Shown: in pieces, positions 51,167 to 59,955 of the stretch
Layout of the letters: each line of letters starts with the position of its first letter
How positions within the stretch are numbered: the first letter of the stretch is position 1
DNA from: an uncultured Candidatus Saccharibacteria bacterium
GTDB taxonomy: Bacteria > Patescibacteriota > Saccharimonadia > Saccharimonadales > Saccharimonadaceae
NCBI GenBank assembly: GCA_946415265.1
Contig: CAMKRV010000001.1
Coordinates: 18,887-82,886, forward strand
Reading direction: 5' to 3'
DNA length: 64,000 nt
Made by a program: the position numbers and the translations under genes
The notes under the pieces: generated by a model
Told to the model about the DNA's origin: nothing
The model's database searches: none
Seen by the model: the letters and a program-made list of their open reading frames with translations, nothing else

Positions 51167-51646
51167 ATGCAATGGGTCAAAATCACCGATATTATCCTTG
51201 TCGCGGCACTTGCCGTCTTTGCAGTTTTTGCTATTCTTGGCCTCTACCAGTGGATTAAGCGCAAATCCCTCAAAAAAGTCGACAAGCCTTTGCTTCTTTC
51301 TCTAATTCCCCTCTCTCTTATGGCTGCTACTTTTATCATTTTTGAAAAATTCCTCGTCCTTAACACTCGCCCCAACGGCTCTGGCGAGCCATCCTTCCCT
51401 TCCACTCACACCATGGTTGTCGCCACCATTTTCCTGCTCACCGCTATTATTCTTCCCAACTATATCAAATCCAAAACTGCCCGCATTATCATGGATATCG
51501 TCATGCTACTTTTCATCATTCTCGTTTCCATCGGCCGCGTTCTTGCTAATATGCACTGGGTTTCCGATGTTGTCGGTGGCCTAATTTTTGCCGCAATCTT
51601 CGCAGTCATTTATTATTTAATTTTAAGGAGAGCCAAACATGCCTAG
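51167..51646 (+). CDS. PAP2 family phosphatase
   Basis: RP, SFPSTH, GRV...HWVSDVVGG. Confidence 0.88.
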   Translation: MQWVKITDIILVAALAVFAVFAILGLYQWIKRKSLKKVDKPLLLSLIPLSLMAATFIIFEKFLVLNTRPNGSGEPSFPSTHTMVVATIFLLTAIILPNYIKSKTARIIMDIVMLLFIILVSIGRVLANMHWVSDVVGGLIFAAIFAVIYYLILRRAKHA

Positions 51647-52019
51647 TATTTTTACCAAAATCATCCAGGGTGAAATTCCCTGCTACAAAATCTACGAAGA
51701 CGATAAAACTTTCGCTTTTCTCGATATCCACCCAGAATCTAAAGGTCATGTCTTGGTCATCCCTAAAAACGAAGTCGACAAAATCTACGAGCTCTCAGAC
51801 GAAGATTATCAGGCCCTCATGGCTACAGTCAAAAAACTTAGCCAACATATGGAAAAAGTTTTGGGTCAACGTACCCTCTGGAAAGTTGTTGGTACCGATG
51901 TTCCTCATGCTCACGTTCACCTCATGCCGCTAGATGAGTCTTGGCAATATGGCCACACCCTCGAATTCACACCTGAAGAATTCGAACAAATTCGTGCTCA
52001 GTTAGAATATCACGAATAG
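51639..52019 (+). CDS. HIT family hydrolase
   Basis: SIFTKII.GEIP, AFLDIHP, VPHAHVH. Confidence 0.93.
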   Translation: MPSIFTKIIQGEIPCYKIYEDDKTFAFLDIHPESKGHVLVIPKNEVDKIYELSDEDYQALMATVKKLSQHMEKVLGQRTLWKVVGTDVPHAHVHLMPLDESWQYGHTLEFTPEEFEQIRAQLEYHE

Positions 52020-52024
52020 TAAAA

Positions 52025-52046
52025 GCCCCGCTCATCCAAGCGGGGC
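52025..52046. terminator. Terminator hairpin between convergent genes
   Basis: GCCCCGCT-CATCCA-AGCGGGGC flanked by A-runs. Confidence 0.7.
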
Positions 52047-52060
52047 AAATCAACGGATTA

Positions 52061-52279
52061 TTAATCGGTAATAACTGGCGCATATGGCGGTCTACCGTCA
52101 TCCACGACAATCCTATATCCAGGTACCAATATCGGTGACCCGTCACTTCTCTGGCCGCGCGGTACCATAGCCTCCTCCGGCCCAGATATTATTTCATATC
52201 CTTTTTGCCTTAGCTCCTCGGCCACCTCTAGAGCATAGTTATATCCGTTTTCTTTAACTGTGGAGTAAGATTCTCTCAT
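52061..52279 (-). CDS. Small hypothetical protein (72 aa)
   Basis: GGAGG SD upstream, terminator downstream. Confidence 0.6.
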   Translation of the reverse strand: MRESYSTVKENGYNYALEVAEELRQKGYEIISGPEEAMVPRGQRSDGSPILVPGYRIVVDDGRPPYAPVITD

Positions 52280-52376
52280 CTCTTTGTTGCACCTCCAATA
52301 AAAAATTCTAGAGCCTCAAAATCAAACCTCCATCATTATCTTATCATATCTCTACGAAATATGGTAAAATATAACT

Positions 52377-55172
52377 ATGAAATTTGCATCGAGTTACGAA
52401 CCAGGAGAATATGAAAGTGATATTTACGGTGCTTGGGAAGTCAGCGATATCTTCGCCCCGTCTACCCCTACCGTGCCGGTAGATAATAACGGTGATGGCA
52501 AAGATGACCGCGACAATAAAAATACATATAGCATCGTCATGCCCCCACCCAATGCCAATGGTAATCTCCATATTGGTCACGGCCTCACTATTGCCCTGGA
52601 AGATTCCCTTACTCGCTACTACCGCCTGAAAGGCAAATCTACTTGGTATATCCCCGGCGCAGATCATGCTGGCTTTGAAACCTGGGTCGTCTATGAGCGC
52701 AATCTGGAAAAACAAGGCCACACTCGTTTCGAATATGACCGCAACGAGCTTTATGCTCGCGTTTGGGATTTTGTCGCTGAGCAGCGTGGCAACATGGAGT
52801 TACAGCTCCGTGCTCTTGGCGCCTCTTGTTCCTGGAATGACCTCACTTTCACCCTAGATGAAAACGTCATCGATCGCGTCTACACCACCTTTGAAAAAAT
52901 GTGGAATGATGGCATGATTTACCGGGGTGAAAAACTCGTTAATTTCTGCCCGAAGCATCAAACTGCCTTCGCTGATATTGAGGTGGAGCACAAAGACGAA
53001 AAAGGTACTCTTTGGGATATCGCTTACACTTACGATGGTGGCGAAATTATTGTTTCTACCACCCGTCCTGAAACCCTTTTTGGTGATGCTGCCGTGGCTG
53101 TTAACCCCGAAGATAAGCGTTACAAAGATCTAATTGGCAAAACCGTCCATCTTCCACTCGCTAATAAAGAAATCCCCATTATTGCCGACGAACACGCCGA
53201 TCCAGAATATGGCACCGGCGCCGTAAAAATCACCCCGGCTCACGACTTCGATGATTTTGAGGTGGGCGAGCGCCATAATCTTGAACGCATCAAGGTGATT
53301 GCTGAAAATGGTACCATGATTAACGTCCCAGAAAAATACTACGGCCTCACCACTGCCGAATGTCGCAAGCAAGTCTTAAAAGATCTCAAAGCTGCTGATC
53401 TCTTCAGGGGCGAAAAACAACTCGTTCACTCTGTGGCACACTGCTACAAATGTGGCACCGTACTTGAGCCTATGCTCAAAGAACAATGGTTTGTAGATGT
53501 TGAAAAACTTGCCAGTGTCGCCATCAAGCATCTAGAGAAAAATGAGATCAAGTTCCACCCGGCAAACAAGCAAAAAGTTCTTATTAATTATCTCAAAAAC
53601 CTTAAAGACTGGAACATCTCCCGCCAAATTCCTTGGGGTATTGCTATTCCGATGTTCCGCCGCGTTACCGATGCTGCCACCGATGAGCCAGATTGGATCT
53701 TTGACCGCCGCACCCACCTCAAAGAGATTGAAGTTGCCGGCGTAAAATATGTCCGCGATGAGGATACTTTTGATACCTGGTTCTCTTCTAGCCATTGGCC
53801 AATTGTTTGCACCAACTGGACGGAAGATAATTTCAACCCCTATTACCCGCTAAACGTCATGGAAACTGGCGCCGACATATTATTTGCCTGGGTTGCCCGC
53901 ATGATCATGATGGGGCTCTATGTCACTGGCGAAGTACCGTTTAAAGAAGTTTACCTCCATGGTTTAGTATTAGATGCTCACGGGCAAAAGATGAGTAAAT
54001 CAAAGGGCAACGTAATCAATCCAATGGATTTAGTTGCAAAATATGGTTCTGATGCCTTTCGCCTTGGCATTCTCCGTGGTCGTTCCGCCGGTATGAACCA
54101 AGCCTTCTCCGAACAATCCGTCATCTCTGGCCGCAACCTCTGCAACAAACTCTGGAACATCTCCCGCCTCGTTCAATCTATTGTTGACGAGAGTTCCATG
54201 GAGTTTGAAAATACTTTCATCGAAGGGGGTTCGGAGCCTGGCAAGGCGAGAAGTAGCGCCGAAACCCCTGTGGCAGACCACCGAAGGAGTCGAGCGAAGA
54301 ACGAACTCGTTCGTTCTTCCGAGACGACGCCTAGTGGACGACTTTTATCGACAGGGGTTTCGGACGCGCCCCAAGAGGAAAGTATTTCAAACTCTTACTC
54401 TACGGATAATATGGGCGAAGACTGGATCTGCCGCGAAATCAACGACTGCCTCAAGCAAGTAGAGGTCTCAATGAAAAATTACCGTTTTGCTGAAGCTGTA
54501 GAGGTCTTATATCAGACTATCTGGGATAAATATGCCGACTGGTTCCTAGAAAGTCAAAAAATCTTCAAAAATACTGGCCTCTTAAAACAGACTCTAGAAA
54601 CAATCCTTATTGCCCTGCATCCTTTCGCTCCGTTTGTTACTGAGGCCATTTGGCAAAATCTTTCCTGGACAGACGGCTTTATCGCTACCGCAAAATGGCC
54701 AAATAAGCTTAAATTTGACCCTATCAGCGCCGCCGAGTTCGAAAGCCTAATCTCAGTCGTATCCGAGGTTAGAGGCACTTTGCAGGCCCTTCCAGGTACC
54801 AATAATGCTAAAAAATACAGCCTGTTATATGGCAATGATAGCCTCGTAGAGGATAATTTACTGCTCATCCGCACTCTTACCAAGGTTCCAGCCATTAATA
54901 GCCTAGACGGCCAGCCACGGGGTCTACGGCTTGCACTCGCAAATCACGAGCTGTATTTAGACGTTCCCGAAAAGGTTGTTACAGAGTATAAAGATGCTCT
55001 TACTGAAAAAATTCTCTCTGTCGGCCGTGAGTTGGACGCATTAAATGCTCGCATGGCCAACCCTAATTATGTAGAAAAAGCCCCAGAACACCTCGTTAAA
55101 GAGACAAAAGATCAAATCAAAGAGAAAGAATCCCTTATCTCTCGTCTCAAATCTCAACTCGAGCTAATATAA
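52377..55172 (+). CDS. valS: Valine--tRNA ligase with ~60-aa insertion
   Basis: PPPNANGNLHIGH, DWNISRQIPWG, DTWFSS, KMSKS, C-terminal coiled coil. Confidence 0.97.
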   Translation: MKFASSYEPGEYESDIYGAWEVSDIFAPSTPTVPVDNNGDGKDDRDNKNTYSIVMPPPNANGNLHIGHGLTIALEDSLTRYYRLKGKSTWYIPGADHAGFETWVVYERNLEKQGHTRFEYDRNELYARVWDFVAEQRGNMELQLRALGASCSWNDLTFTLDENVIDRVYTTFEKMWNDGMIYRGEKLVNFCPKHQTAFADIEVEHKDEKGTLWDIAYTYDGGEIIVSTTRPETLFGDAAVAVNPEDKRYKDLIGKTVHLPLANKEIPIIADEHADPEYGTGAVKITPAHDFDDFEVGERHNLERIKVIAENGTMINVPEKYYGLTTAECRKQVLKDLKAADLFRGEKQLVHSVAHCYKCGTVLEPMLKEQWFVDVEKLASVAIKHLEKNEIKFHPANKQKVLINYLKNLKDWNISRQIPWGIAIPMFRRVTDAATDEPDWIFDRRTHLKEIEVAGVKYVRDEDTFDTWFSSSHWPIVCTNWTEDNFNPYYPLNVMETGADILFAWVARMIMMGLYVTGEVPFKEVYLHGLVLDAHGQKMSKSKGNVINPMDLVAKYGSDAFRLGILRGRSAGMNQAFSEQSVISGRNLCNKLWNISRLVQSIVDESSMEFENTFIEGGSEPGKARSSAETPVADHRRSRAKNELVRSSETTPSGRLLSTGVSDAPQEESISNSYSTDNMGEDWICREINDCLKQVEVSMKNYRFAEAVEVLYQTIWDKYADWFLESQKIFKNTGLLKQTLETILIALHPFAPFVTEAIWQNLSWTDGFIATAKWPNKLKFDPISAAEFESLISVVSEVRGTLQALPGTNNAKKYSLLYGNDSLVEDNLLLIRTLTKVPAINSLDGQPRGLRLALANHELYLDVPEKVVTEYKDALTEKILSVGRELDALNARMANPNYVEKAPEHLVKETKDQIKEKESLISRLKSQLELI
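54201..54394 (+). repeat. In-frame palindromic element in valS
   Basis: GAGTTTGAAAATACTTTC/GAAAGTATTTCAAACTC, CCGAAACCCCTGT/ACAGGGGTTTCGG; core shared with 57240-57344. Confidence 0.88.
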
Positions 55173-55191
55173 ACAAGAACAAAAAATACCA

Positions 55192-55216
55192 AAATAGCCC
55201 TCAAGGGCTATTTTTT
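55192..55216. terminator. Bidirectional terminator
   Basis: AAATAGCCC-TCAA-GGGCTATTTTTT. Confidence 0.75.
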
Positions 55217-55249
55217 CGAATAACTACCACGACATTACTCTTAAATTAA

Positions 55250-56011
55250 TTACCCGCGGAACTTTCTGTATTCCCTACTCCCCTTCACAATCATATATAC
55301 CGTTATAATTAGCACTACAACTATCACCAATACCCCAGTTATCCTATTAGAGGTTATAAAGATCTGGATTAAATCGTCAATTGCTTTTTCCATCTCTGCC
55401 GATGCGCTCGCTATCCCGCTCACCCCCTCTAAAGCTTTTCTGGCCTCCTCAATTGCTTGCGCTCCATAGCTTGCTATCATGGCTGTCTGTAGCATCAATA
55501 TAGATACCGTTGCGCCTATTAGCTGTATGCTGTTTTCCGCCATCGCTATAACGTTTTTCTTTCGCCACTGTTTTACTATTCCTATTGCCGCTGAAATCAA
55601 TAAATAAAAAGTCCAAAACGTCACGCCTGCTGCTATTATTGGGCTATAATTTCGTACGGCAACCCCAGGTGTCGCTATCATGATAGCTATTATTGCAATT
55701 AATGCCAAATTAGCCAGAGTTAATGCCCATCCTGATATCCGGAATATCTTCCAGGCTTCTCGCCCCTGTTTTTCATGTGATAACCCGACATACAAATTTA
55801 CAGATGTTAGCACGGCATAGTATACTCCTAGTGCCGTAAACCACACGGACTCATAGCGTATCCCACCGTATAATTGAAAAGCCACGAAGAAATAATTCAC
55901 CGCCGTGCTTGCGTATAATCTTGCTTTTTCCCTGGTGTCTCTCTCTTTTATTATTTTTCTCACCAAAGATACGACTTTGCTTTTCTTAAAATCGAATAAT
56001 TTACCCGCCAT
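55250..56011 (-). CDS. Hypothetical polytopic membrane protein
   Basis: About six TM segments; TGATATAAT upstream. Confidence 0.7.
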   Translation of the reverse strand: MAGKLFDFKKSKVVSLVRKIIKERDTREKARLYASTAVNYFFVAFQLYGGIRYESVWFTALGVYYAVLTSVNLYVGLSHEKQGREAWKIFRISGWALTLANLALIAIIAIMIATPGVAVRNYSPIIAAGVTFWTFYLLISAAIGIVKQWRKKNVIAMAENSIQLIGATVSILMLQTAMIASYGAQAIEEARKALEGVSGIASASAEMEKAIDDLIQIFITSNRITGVLVIVVVLIITVYMIVKGSREYRKFRG

Positions 56012-56061
56012 TTATTGCATTATATCATCTATGTCTAAAGGTCTAAAATATGGAGAAAATA

Positions 56062-56090
56062 TTGACAAAAGTAACCATATGTGCTATAAT
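56062..56090 (+). promoter_or_regulatory. Consensus sigma70 promoter
   Basis: TTGACA-N17-TATAAT with extended TG. Confidence 0.85.
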
Positions 56091-56172
56091 CAAGACAAGT
56101 TAGTCAAAATGGGAGGCTAACTCGCACTCACTCGCGTATGCGTTTGAGAATATTTACAAAGGAGGTGCTCGT

Positions 56173-56547
56173 ATGAGCATCAATTTCACGAAAAATGTAA
56201 ACCCCGCAACCGTCGGCACATTATGCCTCAATATCATGGGCGGTCCAAGCGCAGACAGACTTATTGATGCATTTAAGTATGCATACGGCGAGAACCATGT
56301 CAGGGCAAAATTCACCATCACCGGCAAAGGTGCCAATGAATTAAAAACCGAGAACGATATCATGGATTGTAGTCTTCGCATCCAGTCCCTGGAGCACGAA
56401 GACGGTTCCGGACACTCGTTCAATATGAAAGGGGCAATCGAGGACGCCTCGGCGGGCAATACGAAAATTCCATTCCACAACCTGAAGTTTACAGGCTATT
56501 ACAACGCCCAACTCCGCATCGGTCACCTCGTGATCTTTCATCAGTAA
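56173..56547 (+). CDS. Hypothetical protein (124 aa)
   Basis: AAAGGAGGTG SD, consensus promoter, terminator GCCCAGGC/GCCTGGGC at 56561-56580. Confidence 0.75.
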   Translation: MSINFTKNVNPATVGTLCLNIMGGPSADRLIDAFKYAYGENHVRAKFTITGKGANELKTENDIMDCSLRIQSLEHEDGSGHSFNMKGAIEDASAGNTKIPFHNLKFTGYYNAQLRIGHLVIFHQ

Positions 56548-56655
56548 TCCCATCCCATCCGCCCAGGCATCCGCCTGGGCATTTTCTTGCTAAATTATTC
56601 TGCTAAGATTTTTCAGATGGCAAAAGCGCCGCCTAGTATAAGCGGCGCGCGTATT

Positions 56656-56925
56656 CTACAGTTTAGACCTCGCGATTAGCTCAAGAACGTATAATATAAA
56701 ATCTCGTATAGCATAGGTAGTATCCACCACCGTACCGATAATTAATATCAGCAATCCATCGGCAAACGCCCTGGTATCCAGTTTTACATTGATTCCCTTT
56801 TTATGTATCTTGCGTTTGGCCTTGCGGATTAACCGCTTATTAGATGAATACTGAGTCGTATCGAAACGAATTTCGCACATCTGGTTATTTCCTGCCAGAC
56901 TAATTCCATTCATCCCTGTAGGCAT
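56656..56925 (-). CDS. Small hypothetical protein
   Basis: GGGGGTG SD before ATG at 56925; hairpin GCGCCGC/GCGGCGC downstream. Confidence 0.5.
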   Translation of the reverse strand: MPTGMNGISLAGNNQMCEIRFDTTQYSSNKRLIRKAKRKIHKKGINVKLDTRAFADGLLILIIGTVVDTTYAIRDFILYVLELIARSKL

Positions 56926-57011
56926 ACTTTTCACCCCCTATCATAATAAAGTGCAATTTCACCATTTTAGCATAATTTATGCCTTTATGCAACTATAGAA
57001 CCATAAGAATT

Positions 57012-57218
57012 TTATTTTTTGTTAAACTTATTCAGATTAAACAGCGGTTTTTTATCGCCATCTATAATTCCCTGCGCCTCGCGCATCAGCCGCTCCAAGG
57101 CCACATCGGATGAGGCCGAGCCCACGTGCACCGTCCGCACTACTCTTCCCTGCTCCTTGTAGCATACTTGCACCCCAGTCGCCCCCGAAGTCGTTTTAAA
57201 TTTCCTTATATAGGCCAT
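57012..57218 (-). mobile_element. IS1634-family transposase N-terminal fragment (68 aa, stand-alone)
   Basis: MAYIRKFKTTSGATGVQV...HVGSA resembles the N-terminus of IS1634-family transposases; no DDE domain follows. Confidence 0.65.
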
Positions 57219-57239
57219 AAGTCGATTGTATCATATTTT

Positions 57240-57344
57240 AATTTAAGCCCCTCGAAGGGGGTTCGGAGCCTGGTAAGGCGAGAAGTAGCACTGCCCGCCC
57301 GTGGCGACGGGCCGGGCGGACGCGCCCCGAGAGAGGCTTAAATT
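57240..57344 (+). repeat. Intergenic copy of the valS-type palindromic element
   Basis: AATTTAAGCC/GGCTTAAATT outer stem; 37/38-nt core identity with 54220-54257 and shared CGGACGCGCCCC. Confidence 0.88.
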
Positions 57345-57653
57345 GAGATATGCACAGCAATTCCCCACCTTTTTCCACCAAACCACAAGAACTTTTGCGG
57401 GCTATTCCCCTTATGCCTAGCAACCACCGCGCCTAGCAACCCAACTTGACAAACCATTCCGCTTCCGCTAAAATTAAACCAACAACTGGCAACCTCACAC
57501 ACAGTTGGGAGAATTCGATTAATTTTCCACCGACAGAACACATGTATCTGGCCGGCAATTATGCTTGTGCAATAAAATAATACGCTTAAGCTGTCAAAAA
57601 AATTCACGTGTTCCAAGAGGTGTGAAATAAATTTTGATGATATAATGAAAAAT

Positions 57654-58610
57654 ATGCAAAATCCGATTACGCAATCTAAAGCTTGGCAAAAATTTCAAGA
57701 AGATCTGGGCGAAACTAGCTTTCTAGAACAGGGAACTGACTATCAATATTTAGCCATCCTCAAGAAAACCCCAGTCGGGAATTACTTATATCTGCCTTAT
57801 GGCCCAATAGCCAAAGATAAAAAAGCATTTCAGGCTGCACTAAAATCGTTAAGCGCCTTAGCTAAGAAACACCAGGCTATCTTTATTCGTATTGAGCCAC
57901 AAAACCCTGATTTTATTAAATACCTGCCGGCAAATACCAAGAAAACCAAAGATCTAAACCCCAAAGACACCTGGGTACTAGATATTACTCCTGATAAAGC
58001 CACAATTCTTACCAATTTTTCCCAGGGCACCCGTACTCGTTATAATACCTACGCAAAAAAAGGTCTTACAGTGGAGTCCACCAAAGATCCGGCTCAGATT
58101 AAACACTTAGTAGAATTACAAAACAAGCTCTTCAAGACCAAAAACCTCAATTCTTTCAGTGAACATTATCTTAAAACTGAGCTTGCCCAGCCTTTTGCTA
58201 CCCTATATTTGGTAAAATATCATTTACCAGCGGGGCAGGAAAGGGAAGAAAACACTCCCAAGGATGGCCAAATTCTTGCTGCCAGTCTCTTCTTCGATTA
58301 TCAAGACACGCGCTATTATATGCAGTCTGCCGCCGATATCGATTACAAAAAACTCCCCGCTACCGTAGCACTCCTCACTACCGCACTTTTCGATGCCAAA
58401 GAGCAGGGAATTAAGTTTTTCGATTTCTGGGGCATCGCTCCAGAAGGCGCACCGGATAGTCACCCCTGGAAAGGCTTCACTAAGTTCAAACAATCCTTTG
58501 GCGGCGCCCCAGTAGAATACGCCGGCACGTACGATATCGTCTTAAAACCAATCAAATATCATTTTTACCAACTAACTCGTCGGCTCAACCGCTTTATCCG
58601 CAGGCATTAG
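57654..58610 (+). CDS. FemABX/MurM family peptidoglycan bridge aminoacyltransferase
   Basis: QSKAW, YLPYGP, IRIEP, FDFWG, FKQSFGG; probable leaderless start at 57654. Confidence 0.88.
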   Translation: MQNPITQSKAWQKFQEDLGETSFLEQGTDYQYLAILKKTPVGNYLYLPYGPIAKDKKAFQAALKSLSALAKKHQAIFIRIEPQNPDFIKYLPANTKKTKDLNPKDTWVLDITPDKATILTNFSQGTRTRYNTYAKKGLTVESTKDPAQIKHLVELQNKLFKTKNLNSFSEHYLKTELAQPFATLYLVKYHLPAGQEREENTPKDGQILAASLFFDYQDTRYYMQSAADIDYKKLPATVALLTTALFDAKEQGIKFFDFWGIAPEGAPDSHPWKGFTKFKQSFGGAPVEYAGTYDIVLKPIKYHFYQLTRRLNRFIRRH

Positions 58611-58625
58611 TGTTATAATAGTCTT

Positions 58626-59687
58626 ATGATTTTTACTACTATCACCGAGCCAGAATTTCGCAAATTTGCCGATCAGTCACCCTATAAATCTTTCATGCAG
58701 ACTCCCGAAATCGCCAAATTGAGGGAAAAATCTGGCTGGACGGTTTACTATTTCGCCGTCAAAGAAGGTGATCAAATCCTCGCTGCCACTATGGCCGTGG
58801 CCAAGCCTACTTTTCTTGGTAAATCTACATTTTACACCCCTGGCGGCCCCCTAGTAGATTATGAAAATACCGCCTTGCTCAATTTTTTCGTCAAAAATCT
58901 CAAAAAGTACGCCAAATCTCATAATGGCTACATTCTCCAGATAGACCCTTATTACGAGCTCATAGAACGCGATAGGGAAGGAGATATTGTAGAAGGTGGG
59001 TTCAACCGCACTCGAGCCCTAAAATCGCTAGAAAGCCTCGGTTTTCGCCCTATGCCGCATACTTCTCAACCTAAGTATCTCTTTGTGATGGATATTAATG
59101 GCCGCACTCCAAATGAACTCTTCGCCAGTTTTAAACAAAATACCCGTAATCTTGTCAGTCGTACCACCAGAAACGGCATCAAAGTCCGCGAGCTTACCAG
59201 AAAAGAACTAGATATTTTCAAACAAATTACCGAAGCTACGTCCGAACGTCGTCATTTTAATGATCGTTCACTCGAATATTATCAGCAAATGTACGATTTA
59301 TTCCATAAAAAAGGCGAAGTGAAATTCATAGTAGCCGAGGTAGATATAGACGGCAAAACTACGCCATTATCTGCCGCCATGTTCATGACTTATGGCGATG
59401 AAGTTATCTATCTTTTCTCTGGTAGCGACGCAAAATATATGAAAGAGTACAATGCCCAATACGCCATCCAATGGTACATGATCAAATATGCCGCCGAACA
59501 TGGTTACAAAAAATACAATTTTTATGGTATCCAAGGCTTGCCAGATCCCAAGGCCAAAGATTACGGTATTTACAGGTTCAAAAAAGGTTTTGGTGGTCAA
59601 GTTGTCGAGCTAATTGGCTCTTTTGAGCTTCCACTCAACTTTTTCTACTATCTCCACTCTATTCTTGCCAAACTCCGCCACCATTAA
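58626..59687 (+). CDS. FemABX/MurN family aminoacyltransferase
   Basis: SFMQT, GGPLVDY, YLFSGS, YAIQW, YNFYGI, FKKGFGG. Confidence 0.9.
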   Translation: MIFTTITEPEFRKFADQSPYKSFMQTPEIAKLREKSGWTVYYFAVKEGDQILAATMAVAKPTFLGKSTFYTPGGPLVDYENTALLNFFVKNLKKYAKSHNGYILQIDPYYELIERDREGDIVEGGFNRTRALKSLESLGFRPMPHTSQPKYLFVMDINGRTPNELFASFKQNTRNLVSRTTRNGIKVRELTRKELDIFKQITEATSERRHFNDRSLEYYQQMYDLFHKKGEVKFIVAEVDIDGKTTPLSAAMFMTYGDEVIYLFSGSDAKYMKEYNAQYAIQWYMIKYAAEHGYKKYNFYGIQGLPDPKAKDYGIYRFKKGFGGQVVELIGSFELPLNFFYYLHSILAKLRHH

Positions 59688-59747
59688 TTACTTTATCAGG
59701 GGTGATTTTTGCTTGCGCTAACTTTTTTCTGTGTGCTATAATTAGGA

Positions 59748-59920
59748 TGTTACAAGTTAATGGTTTTGAAGCGCTGATATTTTAATATCAGACTAACCTG
59801 AATATCAATGGCATCGCAAGGAAGCCTAGATTTGGGTTAGTTCAATTGGCGCAAATCATTAGCTTGTAACACCCTTGCGGTGCCATTTTTGTTAATCCCC
59901 ATTAATATAGTGGCACCACA
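59748..59920 (+). ncRNA. Candidate structured leader RNA, copy B
   Basis: After TGCTATAAT (59734-59742): P1 TGTTACAAGTTAATGGTTT/AAATCATTAGCTTGTAACA, inner stems, loop TGGCATCGCAAGG complementary to CCTTGCGGTGCCA; 48-nt tail identical to copy A. Confidence 0.7.
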
Positions 59921-59955
59921 TGGGGGATGTAAAGCTAAATAAGCGAGGTAAACCT

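Noticed and set aside
54220-54377. Known self-cleaving ribozyme or intein explaining the valS insert
   Set aside because: No hammerhead CUGAnGA/GAAA core or other catalytic consensus I can recognise; the peptide is too short and lacks intein terminal residues.
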